Of a stretch of DNA of 64,000 bases, positions 49,001 through 61,000 are shown one piece after another. Source of the DNA: Phoronis australis (lineage: Eukaryota > Animalia > Phoronida); NCBI GenBank assembly GCA_002633005.1, contig NMRA01000012.1:824564-888563 (forward strand). Direction: 5' to 3'. Positions within the stretch are counted from its first letter, which is position 1; every line of letters starts with the position of its first letter. Under the pieces are notes generated by a model that had not been told where the DNA came from, made no database searches, and was given only the letters and a program-made list of their open reading frames with translations. The translations under genes were made by a program, and so were the position numbers.

Positions 49001-49542
49001 CTTTAATCATTTTCTATTTTTGTTGATGCATGTATCAACAGATGACTGGTCTATTGCTTTATGTCATTTGTTATGAGATGATCTGATGCTGTTCCTAACA
49101 CCAAATGCTGTCCCAGTACAAACTGTATTTGGTATTGCAGAAATAAGAATTATTTGTCTTCAGACAGGCCATATAATGGTCACATCACCTATAGACAAGT
49201 TTGAAAAAAATTCAGTCCCCTCAAGGCCTTGAACCGTGCTAACCCATGTATTGGTGCAGATACTCTAGTCCACTGAGCTATCGGACCAGCGGATTACAGA
49301 AATCCAATCAGATCGGAGAGTGTGTATAATTTTGCTGTTATAAAACTCTGCATTGATATGATCTAAGCAAGAATTACTAGTCTTTGTTATTACTCTTGTT
49401 TACAGAAAATTTCGGGGAGCAGTTGCTATACTTGTTGTTCTGGGGCGGAGCTACACTCGCCACTCTGGCTCTCATGTTCGTTTACGGCACAGAGTTTGTA
49501 GACAGACCAAAGCTGGCTCAAGCCAAAGCAAAGGAAGATTAG
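31013..49542 (+). CDS. SACM1L: Phosphatidylinositol-4-phosphate phosphatase SAC1 (592 aa, 18 coding exons)
   Basis: Exons join in frame (1779 nt); motifs [40 protein letters not shown], catalytic [33 protein letters not shown], two C-terminal TM segments, KAKED (KxKxx) end. Confidence 0.98.
32317..32426 (+). CDS. SACM1L: SAC1 exon 2
   Basis: [11 protein letters not shown]...[11 protein letters not shown]; AG/GT. Confidence 0.93.
32682..33130. mobile_element. hAT-like MITE with 6-bp TSD in SAC1 intron 2
   Basis: TTATTT|CAAGGCTTGGAAT...ATTCCAAGCCCTG|TTATTT. Confidence 0.65.
33307..33381 (+). CDS. SACM1L: SAC1 exon 3
   Basis: [16 protein letters not shown]; AG/GT. Confidence 0.93.
33804..33931 (+). 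CDS. SACM1L: SAC1 exon 4
   Basis: [15 protein letters not shown]...LHLNEAQ; AG/GT. Confidence 0.95.
33977..34280 (+). mobile_element. ~300-bp MITE, copy 1
   Basis: TIR AGTTGGTTCTGGT/ACCAGAACTAACT; homolog at 43000-43276. Confidence 0.6.
35198..35347 (+). CDS. SACM1L: SAC1 exon 5
   Basis: [25 protein letters not shown]; AG/GT. Confidence 0.96.
35600..35693 (+). CDS. SACM1L: SAC1 exon 6
   Basis: [12 protein letters not shown]...LPILHG; followed by GTATCCTT donor. Confidence 0.95.
35767..36082 (+). mobile_element. Harbinger-like MITE
   Basis: Perfect 15-bp TIR GTGCCGTCCACACAC/GTGTGTGGACGGCAC extended by ~30 bp imperfect IR. Confidence 0.75.
36795..36892. repeat. 23-bp minisatellite x4
   Basis: ATGTTATTCCTCAGCACCACGCC repeated. 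Confidence 0.95.
37180..37367 (+). CDS. SACM1L: SAC1 exon 7
   Basis: [34 protein letters not shown]. Confidence 0.97.
38039..38178. repeat. ~38-bp minisatellite, 3-4 copies
   Basis: ATCTTATTGGTGATTGGCTGTTTGACAATAT variants. Confidence 0.85.
38226..38309 (+). CDS. SACM1L: SAC1 exon 8
   Basis: [19 protein letters not shown]. Confidence 0.97.
38518..39436. repeat. 447-bp near-identical tandem duplication across a single N, containing (CA)n and a 15-bp TTTATAGGGACTACA array
   Basis: 38518-38963 repeats at 38965-39410; N at 38964; probable scaffolding overlap. Confidence 0.9.
39984..40052 (+). CDS. SACM1L: SAC1 exon 9
   Basis: [23 protein letters not shown]. Confidence 0.95.
40364..40443 (+). 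CDS. SACM1L: SAC1 exon 10
   Basis: [14 protein letters not shown]...; weak donor GTCTGT required by phase. Confidence 0.88.
41445..41543 (+). CDS. SACM1L: SAC1 exon 11
   Basis: [19 protein letters not shown]. Confidence 0.97.
41925..42063 (+). CDS. SACM1L: SAC1 exon 12 (catalytic CX5R)
   Basis: [26 protein letters not shown]. Confidence 0.98.
43000..43276 (+). mobile_element. ~300-bp MITE, copy 2
   Basis: Homologous to 33977-34280, ends GTAAAGACCAGAACT. Confidence 0.55.
43653..43722 (+). CDS. SACM1L: SAC1 exon 13
   Basis: [23 protein letters not shown]. Confidence 0.93.
44969..45041 (+). CDS. SACM1L: SAC1 exon 14
   Basis: [24 protein letters not shown]. Confidence 0.97.
46693..46786 (+). 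CDS. SACM1L: SAC1 exon 15
   Basis: [31 protein letters not shown]. Confidence 0.97.
46959..47060 (+). CDS. SACM1L: SAC1 exon 16
   Basis: [10 protein letters not shown]...RDWKFYA. Confidence 0.96.
47437..47497 (+). CDS. SACM1L: SAC1 exon 17 (TM1)
   Basis: [20 protein letters not shown]. Confidence 0.93.
47540..47820. mobile_element. Academ-like MITE
   Basis: TTA|TAGTCCAGTCATTCTA...TAGAATGACTAGACTA|TTA; inner IR AAAAAATTGCAACAGAAGGT/ACCTTCTGTTGCAATTTTTT. Confidence 0.7.
49203..49290 (-). repeat. tRNA-derived SINE-like fragment
   Basis: A-box TAGCTCAGTGG, B-box GGTTCAAGGCC, ends in T7; stems too degenerate for a functional tRNA. Confidence 0.55.
49406..49542 (+). CDS. SACM1L: SAC1 exon 18 (TM2, KxKxx, stop)
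   Basis: [12 protein letters not shown]...[15 protein letters not shown]; AATAAA at 49697. Confidence 0.96.
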
Positions 49543-50268
49543 TCGTTATCTGGAAGAAACTGTGCAATAAATTATGATTCAGTTTTCTATGTAATTATTG
49601 TAATTTAATTACAAGGTTCATTAATCAATGAGTAGTTTCTGAGCAGGGTATCCTGTGATCAAGAGAGGCGATTGTATGAATGCTGTTTCAGTTTTTAATA
49701 AATGTGGATAAGGTCTGACTCATTACAGTGCTGAAGATTATGTCTACCACACCACAAATCTATCCTGATTAGGATGTGGGTGCATTTCCCCTATTGAAGG
49801 GTTGCATAACACATGTTCCGTCGAGAATAACTTTGTCATTATAAGAGAGGTCACAACGTGTCGGCTACCATGGAAGGAACTGATAGTTCTTATGTCAGAG
49901 GCCATATGCTCGGCGCATGAAATTCCCCTCTTTGTCAAACCAACCTATTGACCCTCTGGTTTCAAGGCATAACGAACGGTCAGTCGACGGAATATGAAGT
50001 TGTTGCATTCTATAGAGAACCATGAAGAAACTCACAAGAAAAGCTAGTGTGATTGCGTGCTTGGCTACTGCAATGCAAGTCCATATATCGCGAAGAATTG
50101 CGTGATCTTGCGTTTTCGCGATTTTTTTAGTCAGCGAGCCGTTTCCTCAGCGTCTTGGCATAGTTGTTTTGGAAGTAAGCTAAAAATTGAAAAAAAATCG
50201 CCAGAAAAATGAAATCAGTTGCTAAAAACCTCAAAAAAAAAATGTTACACGGGAGGGGGGAAACCTTC

Positions 50269-50852
50269 CGCACTTCTCGGGGTTGGCGACGGGGCACTGC
50301 CGGGAATCAACAGCGACGGTATGGTACCCTTCTTCAGGCGTTGTTTCGCAGGGACCTTCATCAATTCAGCTTACATGTCTGTCATAATCTGACTGCAGAA
50401 AATGCTTGCTAAACACTCGGTAACCCTCCACTGCTTTGTACGTTGCGTGGACGGGTAGCCCTGCGTTCTTCAAATGAACGAGCTAGCCAAGTACTGCGAA
50501 GTGTGTCATCCTTCGGAAAGCGACGCGAAGCGCGTGTGAGACGATAATGAGTACATCCCCGCACGCAGCAACAGGGTGGCATGTTGACTGACTTGTAAAC
50601 AAAAGCAAACGACGACCGAACTTATCACAACCGAGGTAGAACAATGACTGACTCCACAGCTCTCACAGTCAGACTATAATGAAAAGAAATTGGCGCGAAA
50701 CTCTTGCCTCCCAAAACGTCACTTCCGGAGTAGAGGACTGACGAGAAATTAATCAAATTACGAAAAGCTGTAATTAAGTGAAAAACGTGTCTGGGATAAT
50801 CAACGAACCTTATTTTTGCTGAAAGTGACGTGAAAAAAGGTTGCTTTCGCCT
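50269..50852 (-). mobile_element. Truncated Kolobok copy
   Basis: Homologous to 21-609, ends TTCGCCT|TTAA. Confidence 0.8.
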
Positions 50853-53800
50853 TTAACAATCAGTGTTCCACTGCACTACCATACACCGAAGGCCGACCAG
50901 TTTCGCCCAGACCGAGTTCTAGCCTTGTCAATCCCCCGGCTGTTTAAGAAATGCAAACAAGGTGAGTCGTTATTCACCGACGGTTTCACTTTTTAGCTTG
51001 CCAGCCAAAGTGAGTCATTTTTTGTTGAAAAAATACCACGTGGGTCAGGGTTCTCAGTGGACGACTTTTGCGTCCACGGACTTGTTGGCTTCTGAGCAGA
51101 TGACCATGGCCAAAGATACTATCTTTGCCGTGACTCGATCACTGAGTATTTCTGAGCGATTGGCGCTTGCGCAAACTTAGCCTACTGATAAACCGTTCAG
51201 ATCGAGGCCGGTCTCAAGTTCTATACTGACCGGTAAACACCATTTATCAGTGTTAAATAGAGCTTCACGCTGGTAGGTATTCGTTTAATCCACATTGTTT
51301 GAGGATATAAACTTGGCAATATAGTGAGCTTGTGGCTGTTGGGAGTCTGAAAGGGCCACCGCAAACGGAAAGGTACGAGCTGAGTCTAACTGTTCAATTT
51401 TTCAGTAATGCAACCCAGCTTTTGCCTCTAAAGTCTGAAAATCCACACACATTCACACTGTCTATTGAACTCGTCGACTGTGGACGATCCCTATAGGCCT
51501 ACTAAAAGTAAAGTAGAAACGTAATCAGCAAGTCTTTCGGATGCCATTATTTAAAGACAAATTTTTTCCTGCTGGGGATTTTTTCTAGAAAGTCTAGGTT
51601 TAAAGTTTGCCTAAATGAAGTTTGAGTAGTTTAACACGTTTTATGGCCTGATAAGGTCACCCTAATCTAGCCTTGACAACTCTAGCAATACAGCAGCCAT
51701 GCACGGCGTCGTGGAGAGCCCCGCTGCCCCAAAGGCATTTGTGACACACAGCTTTTCTTGGTTTCTGGGGTTGAAATGCACCAATTACTATAAGGATGTG
51801 TACAAAAAGTGTAACTGAAGAATTCTACGAAATTGTGTGAATCTTGAGCTGTGTGCTGCCTGCCTCAAGTGAATTCAATAATTTACTGAGGTAACAGCTA
51901 GCTTACGCCAATGGTGTGAAAATGCAATAGTGGAATGAACAAGCCGCTTGGCAATTGCTATCAGCTCAGCCATGGTTCACTTAATTGAGGCAGGTAGCTT
52001 CACTCGCAGTTATCCGTTTGCGCTCATGGCTCAGAAACCTCCGGGTATAGGCCATAGCATAGACATCAAGTATTATGATGTCTGTGGGCCCGTAGTACCA
52101 GCCATCCTATCTTTCACGTCCGTGGCTACTTCAGGGAACTTTCGATCAAATTCTTCTCCAGATGTTCAAAAGTCATTTTCAGCAAAATACCCAAGGATGC
52201 ACTTACGCGCGTTTATTAAGAATCTATAAGTTTAAGTGTTGGAAAAACGAGCCTCCAATATTTTACTAGCCACTAATTGGTGCCAGTGCAGTGTGATCAG
52301 AACAGTCAATGAAATGACAGGAAAGTCACTGGGTCCGTGCCGTTTCTGAGATGTCTGCTTCCTGAATCATTTTGTGATTCTCAAACCAAACAGGAATTTT
52401 GTGGCAACTGTGACACTGTTGAGAAGATGAATCATTGTACGAGTGCACGAATTATTGACACAGCAACAGAGTGTCACGATTTTTGCCCATTGTTACATTC
52501 AGATCTAGGATTCTGCTCTGACCTTCTGTAATTTACGGACATGACCTGACTCTTGACTCCTGACTCTCGAGTCAAGGATATTGAAAACAAGTGGATCGAA
52601 TTTAAGTGCAAGGAACTTATCTATCGGGCTATATTACTGAAATTTACAGGTGTCACGATAATGAGTGAAAGACCTCTAGAAACATGGAAAAAAGGTCAAG
52701 CTGATCAAGGAAACAGAATGCCGATCTTGCTTGTGGTAGAAATCCAAGAACTGAGTTGTCAGTTCCGTTTAACACTGCTCAAAGAATGAGCCACGTGCTG
52801 CCTGCAGAATCCATCATTTCATGCCAGAAAATGATGTGGGTTACAACTTACAGGCAACCATACAAAAAAAAGGAAACATGGAAACTTTTCCAATTTTAAA
52901 ACATTGACTGATAAGTACCTTTGTTGAAAAAATATGAATTAGGGTTAAAAGCTTCTTGTTTTTGATATAGATTTTTTTGCTTGAAGTCCCAGCTTGTCCC
53001 TAATTTGAGAATTTTGCACTCAATTGGCCGTCCCAAACTCAAAGGCACTGGTGGCAGTTTTTACTAACATGTAAATAATCAGTACAGCTTTTTATGAACT
53101 TCCAAGTCTATTTTTAAACCATGTTATGAAAAAATGAAGTATTTGGAATTTGAGACATAAATAAGACAAAAATCGTTCGTGCTCCAAACTTCACAATCAA
53201 AAGAAAATTCAGTCTTGCCAAAGTTTTAGTTTCCTGATCAACTCCTGGAGGACACCGAACCCTTTGTATGCGAGCTCTATAGTGACTCATAACCCACCAC
53301 TGAGACTACTACCAAACACGAAGTTGTCATCATGTGGGGAATGGTACGTTAGATAGCGGTCTTCATCACTAAGCGATTTTACTTTTGCTATACCTCGTCA
53401 ATGTCGTCCTTTTTAATGAGGACACCTCAATCATTAATGCACGTTTGTGAGGAACTGTTGGCTAACTTTTTCAGACGAGCGTGAGCGGATTTGTTTAGCG
53501 GATGAATTCTCTCCAGATTCTGTTATTAGTCCATATCCTGCTTGACGTTGGTGACAACGGCACTTGAAGTACATGAACTACATGTTGGCTCAGAACTGTT
53601 AGAAACAGCCTCGACATCCTGGGACTCGACTTTTGCTTCCTAAAAAACGAATCGATAGGTGTCAGGTTTTTGCTGCACCTTTGCGTTCACGTTAATCGTC
53701 CATGGTTCAGGGCGACCCATCTAACCGCTATGTGTCCGACTGCTCGCTCTGGGCTCGATCGGAACGTTAATGAAAAAGAGGTCTAGCTGGCGTCACAATG

Positions 53801-54034
53801 CTTCATAAATCTAGACTGAGACCGATACAGATTCACTACGATACATAGATGATGCATAATGTGGTCAAAGCATTGCAATAAAAGGCAATAACAGTAAGCA
53901 CTGATGGAAAATAGTGTTTTAATTGTCATCAACATCATCTTCATCATTATCACTTTCACTGCTGCTAGCATTTGAAAGCGCACAATTAAACAATATGTTA
54001 TTTCCCTTGCCTTGCAGCAACTACTAAGATAAAG

Positions 54035-55207
54035 ATGGCCATGTTTCAAGTCTGTTGGATATCCTCCGTTCTGACTGTAGTGTTACCGCTAGCAGCATGT
54101 GTACAGCAGCGACACGTTCTTGTGTTCGGTGGCAATGGGTTGTTGGGGTCCCAGTGTGTCGAGGATCTGCTGATTTCAGGTTACAACGTTACCATAGCCA
54201 ACAGGGGGACTTGGTACTGGGACACGGCGGAGACGATCAAGGACCGAGTGCGACACATCAAGTTCGACAGATACGATCAACCGCCTTCTGAACTTCTCAA
54301 CTTTGTGAGAAACAATGCTTTGGAAGCGATCATCGACTTCAGCGCCTTTGTTGGACAGGCAATAGCGAACGTTGAAGATATGTTAAGAAAGAACCCGCCA
54401 AGAATTTACATTTCCATAAGTAGCGATTTAGTATACGAAGTAGTAGACAAGACAGACTTTTCAAAACCGTCACAGGAGGAAGATGCCGTGAGACCTGTAG
54501 ACCCAGTCATTCGCGAACAGCTGTCAAAACGAAACGCCGTTGGGCATGGAAAATTAGAAGTGGAAGAAGCATTAGCAAATCTTGGAATCCCACATGTGTC
54601 GCTTCGTTTGCCTGACGTTATTGGTCCTAGGGACAATACAAAAAGATTGTGGTTGACATTCCTTTGGATTGCTTTACCAAAAGGAAAATATCGCCCTTTT
54701 CAAATTCTTGATACGGATAATAGGCGTTTAAGTTTAGTAGACACGAAAGATGTTTCTTCCGCAGTGCTTAAAATTTTGATGGAACCAGAGCCCTTCTTCA
54801 ATCAAGCAATAAACTATGCGTGGGAAGAAACTTTGTCTGCACTAGACTTGTACCAAGAAATAGCCAAACAGTTGCAGTTGGAACTTCATTACGAATTAGC
54901 ACGTGAGGTCGTCACTATTGTCTACCGCCGTCAATCAGTAATTCGAGTTGTATTTCCATCCGGCACTAGGGGTCCCATGGATGTCACTAAAGCGACCAAA
55001 TTGGGTTTAATAGCCACTAGTGATTGGAAGGACGCTCTGAGCGAAACAATAAAGTTCTATCGAAATGCATTCAGAGAGCCGAAGTTTGAACAAGAACGAC
55101 AGGAAGTGTTATCCATCTTGGGTGAAATTGTCGGGGAACCCGATATACAACGATTGATAGATGCACTGGAGCATTCAAACTTTGTTGGTCACCATGATGA
55201 ACTATGA
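54035..55207 (+). CDS. Atypical SDR / NAD-dependent epimerase-dehydratase family protein, predicted ER-luminal (signal peptide, HDEL), intronless
   Basis: 390-aa ORF, aagATGG context; hydrophobic N-terminus; VLVFGGNGLLG Rossmann motif, ANRG, IIDFSAF, YISISSD, LRLPDVIGPRD; ends HDEL. Confidence 0.9.
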   Translation: MAMFQVCWISSVLTVVLPLAACVQQRHVLVFGGNGLLGSQCVEDLLISGYNVTIANRGTWYWDTAETIKDRVRHIKFDRYDQPPSELLNFVRNNALEAIIDFSAFVGQAIANVEDMLRKNPPRIYISISSDLVYEVVDKTDFSKPSQEEDAVRPVDPVIREQLSKRNAVGHGKLEVEEALANLGIPHVSLRLPDVIGPRDNTKRLWLTFLWIALPKGKYRPFQILDTDNRRLSLVDTKDVSSAVLKILMEPEPFFNQAINYAWEETLSALDLYQEIAKQLQLELHYELAREVVTIVYRRQSVIRVVFPSGTRGPMDVTKATKLGLIATSDWKDALSETIKFYRNAFREPKFEQERQEVLSILGEIVGEPDIQRLIDALEHSNFVGHHDEL

Positions 55208-56417
55208 CCATATATACTGTCAATTATGTTTAACAAAACTCTCTGTCTTGTCCGCGTAGGCCAACTCTCGATTTTGGCAAGTACGGAACTATGAAAATAG
55301 TAAAAAGAAGTGTTGTAAGTAAATTGGTTTTCGCGTTTTCATAGCTGATGTATCGATAAGAAAAGTATTTGTGAAATCAACCTACGCCGAATCCAACGTA
55401 CAACTCTCGGTTGCAGTCTAAGATTCTGTGTGGCAGAGTTAAGCGTACTCGACAAATGGCATTGCATTTTACTTAATGCGATTAAAATCGTGTTTACCTG
55501 GTAAAGTCACCAACCTCGATTTCAGCCAATGTTTGGCAGACACTGACAGCGAGAATTGGCGATTTCAGTGTAATAAAGTCACAAAAACACATTTAACGAC
55601 TTTGGTTGTTTTTGTAGCTCAAGTCAAAGGTAATATCTTCCAGAAGTCTATACCGGCAATCAAAATGTGTTTTCGGTCGTAAAACCGATAATAAACTCTT
55701 TTAAAGTAGGCCCTGTGTTATTTGTTTCAAATGTATCATCTTCGTTTAATAACCATAACTGCGAGCTAGACCTCTGAATGAAAAGTTATAAGACACTATT
55801 TTCACGTACATATACATCTTAAAGTCCTTATCTCAAAGGGCATTTAAGTTCAAAAACTTAAAAAATATATACCAAATTAAGTAATATGTAACACAGCATA
55901 ATGTTCACATCCTTTCTGTTATCAAAGTAAAAGTCTTTTTAGCACTATTTTGTACCTCGGCCTAGAGCGGAAAATCATCGACTATTCCCGTCTATTTCCG
56001 TGACCTGAGTTCCTGTGTGTCAGTTCAGGAACGTTTCCTGAATGCCAGCCATGTTGTAATTGAAAACGTATTGACATCAGCATGAGCGTAAATGCGTTAT
56101 TACTTTGCATATGACGAATGGTATTTAATGCATAATCATAAATTTGTGAAGTATTGTCGCAAAGTCTCCCGTAGCCAACGCTCGGCTTCTGAGGTCAGTC
56201 CTGACTCATCGCGAGGGTACATTTTACTTCAAATTTCAGCAACAGTACCCGTTTAGATAATAAAATCAGAGGAAGAAAAGTGTCTTATCTTTATCGCCAT
56301 ATCGTGAAACTGGTGCAAACTACCAGCCTGAAGTGAGCAATTACCGTCTCATCCTGCCGACGGTGACTACCCCGCGGACGTGTGAGCGCAGTGCGTAATA
56401 GGCAGAAAATAGGCACC

Positions 56418-57112
56418 GGAAATTTTTCTGTTTTTTCCTCTAAAAATCAAGCATCTTCCTTGATTCTTGAAGTATTATCCAAGAAAAAAAGCAAAAAAAA
56501 TAAAAAAAAAAAACACGGAGAACGCGTCAAACAGGAAAAGCTGCAAGTTCTACAGACTCGAACTCACGACATGGCATTTGGAGCGCGCGTTTTTACCACT
56601 ACACCACCACGATTTAACTACGAATTGTATTCTAAGAGACCTACTTGTTTACGGTCCACAGCGCGAAACCTACTTCTTTTTGTAATGCTTATTACACGCT
56701 TTATATTTTGTACAATCGGTTCTTAAAAAATTGTTGTATTTAAAATAGTCTTTAAATGCCCGAAAGATCAAATCCGTTTTTCGTGTTGGCAATATGACGG
56801 GATTGCTTTGGAAATCGTCTTAAGTTAAGGTTTGACAAAGAGAGAATTATGAGTTTCTGAGTGATTCACTAAGGCTTCGATTAAAATTCACACTCTTACC
56901 AGCAGCTTCTGTTTTTTCATCGTCACTCAGGTTCCATTTTCTTTAAAAAATGAAGTAAATTTTCTTCATTGCACAGTGGAGCAGGCGACGGAAACGGAGT
57001 CGTAATGCGCAGCGCCACTGCCGGTCGCCTGGGATATCGCGGGAGAGCCTATACTTAGCCATAGTTTCGTTACGAATGCGCCGTGTTCCGAATTTGACAC
57101 TTGAAATTGGAT
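56418..57112 (-). mobile_element. Interspersed repeat with tRNA-like segment, copy 2
   Basis: Inverted homolog of 21164-21828; A-box TGGTGTAGTGG, B-box GAGTTCGAGTC. Confidence 0.7.
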
Positions 57113-57342
57113 CTGAGCCCCCCACCCCCAAACACTAAAACTGCACACATTTAAATCTTGTTTCATCCGTATAATTTTGATTACCGGGGTTAATTAATAA
57201 CTCAACATTTCCCCCACGCTCTTGCTGTTTTATTTTTTTGCGGCAGCCAAGGGGGGGGGGGAACTCGTTTTCCGAAGAATTGCTATTGTCGCGGGCGCCG
57301 TGGTCTGGTCGCGAGTCCGTTTGAAGATGCACTCTAACAAAG

Positions 57343-58056
57343 TATGTCTATACAAAGAATGACCAAGGGGGCACCCACATTGACAAAGTGACCGCATTCG
57401 CGAACAGTGTACAGTACCAGAAATTGCGGGGAGGCTGTATTTTCATAGCAAAAGTCTTGCGGTACTCGTGCACTGTTCAATAGGCCTCCTAAGGAGTCCT
57501 AGTTCCGACCTCAACACATACCATCTTTCTACCTGCAATAAGCACCACTGCCGTCTTCTATACTGGGAATTTCCGCAGAAAGGCCCACCCGATGAAACGC
57601 TCATGCCCATGGGCATTTATTTGATGTTAGTACTTCGGGTTTCAAGCGTTCAGACACTGGGGCGATTATTCCGAAATTGCAAGAGATGCAAATAGGTCCT
57701 GGGATACATCGTCTAGGTTTGAAGTAGTTCATGATGAACTTACGGATCAAATTTAGTTGCGCATGGAAGTCTTTTGAATGGACTTGGCAACCTCAGGGGG
57801 CTTAGTGCCAATTGAGCTGCGAAACGAGATGCTGACATTGTAGAGGCTTACAAGCTCATTGACACAGCAGTTGACGAAGTGCAAGCGTTGGGAACAAACA
57901 TCGAAGATGTCTGGGTAGAATGGTTCCAAGACAAGCAAACCATTGGATCCGATATACAGATTCCTCGGCAGTCCAGACAAGGACTAACGTTCCTGGAGAA
58001 ACACCTACGTAATAAGTTATAATTTTACACAGTTTGTTCATAATGTCAGTTTTTTA
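57343..58056 (+). mobile_element. Duplicated segment carrying a hAT transposase relic, copy 1
   Basis: SWDTSSR...LRGLSA.*.KRDADIVEAYKLIDTAVDEVQAL..NIEDVWVEWF...IQIPRQ..NVPGETP resembles PRKRIR/ZMYM1-like hAT transposases; stops and frameshifts. Confidence 0.7.
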
Positions 58057-61000
58057 AAGACCGCATCGATTCGTCTTTGCATAGGACTAAAGATTAGAAT
58101 GCCAAGTTCATATTCGCCCGGCTATGGTTGTGCCACCCATGCGTTGGATTGTTTGCATTCGTCTGTTCCGGTGTTGTTTCTTGCTATGGAACATAGGGTT
58201 TAGGGTAGAATGTTAGTACAGTACAAACGAAGTAAGTTTACAACTGTTATCACCGAAAACCTCCTCACAAAAAATTTCATTTTCATTTTGGAATATTGTA
58301 CGATCTAATGGCTCCAAACATTGTCAAACAGATATGGTCACCTGCTTGCAATTCTTGAAGCCGGGCGTGGGTACTACTGGTATCTAGCTAGCCGTGCAAA
58401 GATATCTAGACATATTACAATAATTTCTAAATTTTATAAATTTCTTAATATACACCCAGTTGACATAGTACCAACTAAGCTCTAATACGATATAAAATCA
58501 TCTACCTAGGGCAAATAATATAACAAATACATATTTTAAAACTACATAATAGGTTAATAAGAAAAATGTCTCCATCTTTACCGTCATTAAACCTTTTCGC
58601 ACTTCCACCGTTTATTCAACCAAGTTGCATTAGAGTTAGAATGTTACTAGAATGTCCATATTCAGCTGTTGATGGTGTATAATTGTATCATAAGCAAAAG
58701 GTAAATATTTAACAAATAATTATCATTTTGCATACGTGGTAGGTTTAATCCTTTTTTAATTCTAGAAAGCAAGTTTGTTACCAAAATGGCAAAAATTACG
58801 TAGTGTAATAATGAAACCCTTCATCTACTAATTGACTGATCAGTTCTAACTAGTCAACTAATTAAGTGTAATGTCAATTGATTTAGGGCGTAATAGTAAC
58901 ATAAGAAGAAAATGAACCACATAAATTATGTAAATGATTAATTAATCCAGCAGAAAAATAGTTTCAATGATTCAAAAGATTGCTGCCTTATGAGGACAAG
59001 GATTTTAGACCACGGATCCCTCACAGTTGCTGCGAAGATGAATTTAGTCAGGCATTGTTCCAAAACTACACATCTTTATACATTTATTGCACTTTTGATG
59101 CCATTTGATACAATTATATTGATCATTAAAAATTCAGGATGCAGTGACATTTACATTTAAACTACTCCGACTACCTAATGTCCGAAATTAGCAGATACGG
59201 CTTTTTGATAGATAAAATTGGCAAACACCTATTGTGTAGCTTTGAAATGTACTCATCATTGGATTGGTTACAATGGAGGACTTCATGTGGAAATCAACTC
59301 TTTCTTCAGAAAGTAAAAATTAGTGATAGTGATAAATGTAGTGCGTATTACACATTTTTTAAGATTGCTATGTTAAGAAAGTGGACTCTGGAAAATAACA
59401 CTATTCATAACACAGAGGCAATGTTATTTTGAACAATTCGGTGAAATGTTCGACGCCCTAACAAGCAAAAAGTTTAATGCCCCGACAGCGTTTTTTGTCG
59501 AACGGGAGATGTAACACCCAAAAGCACTCGGAGGCATTTTTTTGTGTTTTGAGTCGAATGAGAAATATCGGTTGACGAAAAACCCATGAAACGTGCCGTT
59601 TTTTCTTTTTAGACGAAAGGAAAATAGGGCTATGTCGTGGGGGAAATCGCAATAGTGATGTCAATTTTGTGGTGTGTCAAAAAGCGGAACCGGCCCGGCT
59701 TTGATGGTGTGGCGAGTGTCAGGATAAATTCAAAAAATGGAAAGTCCATCTAGAGCGGGACAATTGGCAAGTGCAATATGCACTGTCACTAACACGAAGT
59801 ATTGGATTGGATTAGTTTACAAGGTAAACTTTTCATTTTTTTAATTTTATTTCACGGGTGTAGGTAAATACTACAGATAAGGGTATCCATAAATACTATA
59901 GATAGCATTACTGCTGAGAAATCGAATTACCATTATATCTGGGCAACAGGTTGCGAAACATTGCACAAAGAATTATTATGGAAACAATAGAAAAAAAAAC
60001 AATAAAGTATTCATGCATATAAACACACTTTAGTAGCTACGCAACTAAATACGCCTGTTATACCAAGACCTAAACTTTCTTTTTTAATTTCAGAACAAAC
60101 ACTCAAAAACCAAATGTCACTTCTTTCCGTAAAATAGTGTAACATAATTTAACATTCAGAAATGTATGGTCAGTTGAGAATCTCCTAACAGTTGCTTGAC
60201 TAGAACTGAAAAGACATCTGAGGCCAAACTCGTGAACTCGTTCCCGGAGTGCAGCTAGTGCCACAAGTCGGTGCATATAAAGAATGTCCCGTGTTAACTA
60301 AGTTTGCCGAGAAATCGCTGGTTGTCTGTAACCGTACCTCAAGATTATCACTTGGTGATTCCATAATGAATAAAAATGACAGCATCAAAATGAGTGCTTC
60401 ATTTGTCAACTGACAACAATCGATCAAAACCCAGTCGAGCAGACGCAAGCTCTAATTAACACCAAAACGCCAGAGTTGGCATTCTAGTTCTACGGTTCTA
60501 TGGTTTTGGTAAGACCATATTGACGTAAATTTAATACTAGGGCACTATGACTTAGACACGGGGATACTGTACGTGAATTTGGAATCCTGCTCTCAAGATC
60601 GCCTATGCGTGAACTTGGAACTGAATATTATTTAAGGCAAAAAGGTGAAGTTTTTGTTCGGTGAAAAGAATTTTTGCAATTATTGGCCTCGAGATCAACC
60701 ATTTTCTCCTTTACCGTAACTTGTGTCGCTGAACCGGAGGAATGTGTGAATGGTTAAATCGATGTTGTTTGGTGAAACTGATCGCCCGTAGTTGAAAAGG
60801 CTGGTTAAAATTGACATTATTTTATTCAAATGTAACTTGGTTTAGTGCAGTGCAAATTTTTATGAACACGAACGTGATTATTTGAGTAAACTTGTCAAAT
60901 TGTCTCGCGTATTCCAAGTTCACGCAACACTCACTTCTCACTAAGAACAGCTCTTTCGTGGCAGTGCCATGAGATTTTTTAAAATAGGTGGCGCTGTGAC

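Noticed and set aside
49203-49290. Functional tRNA gene
   Set aside because: A/B boxes present but no convincing cloverleaf; treated as SINE-like relic.
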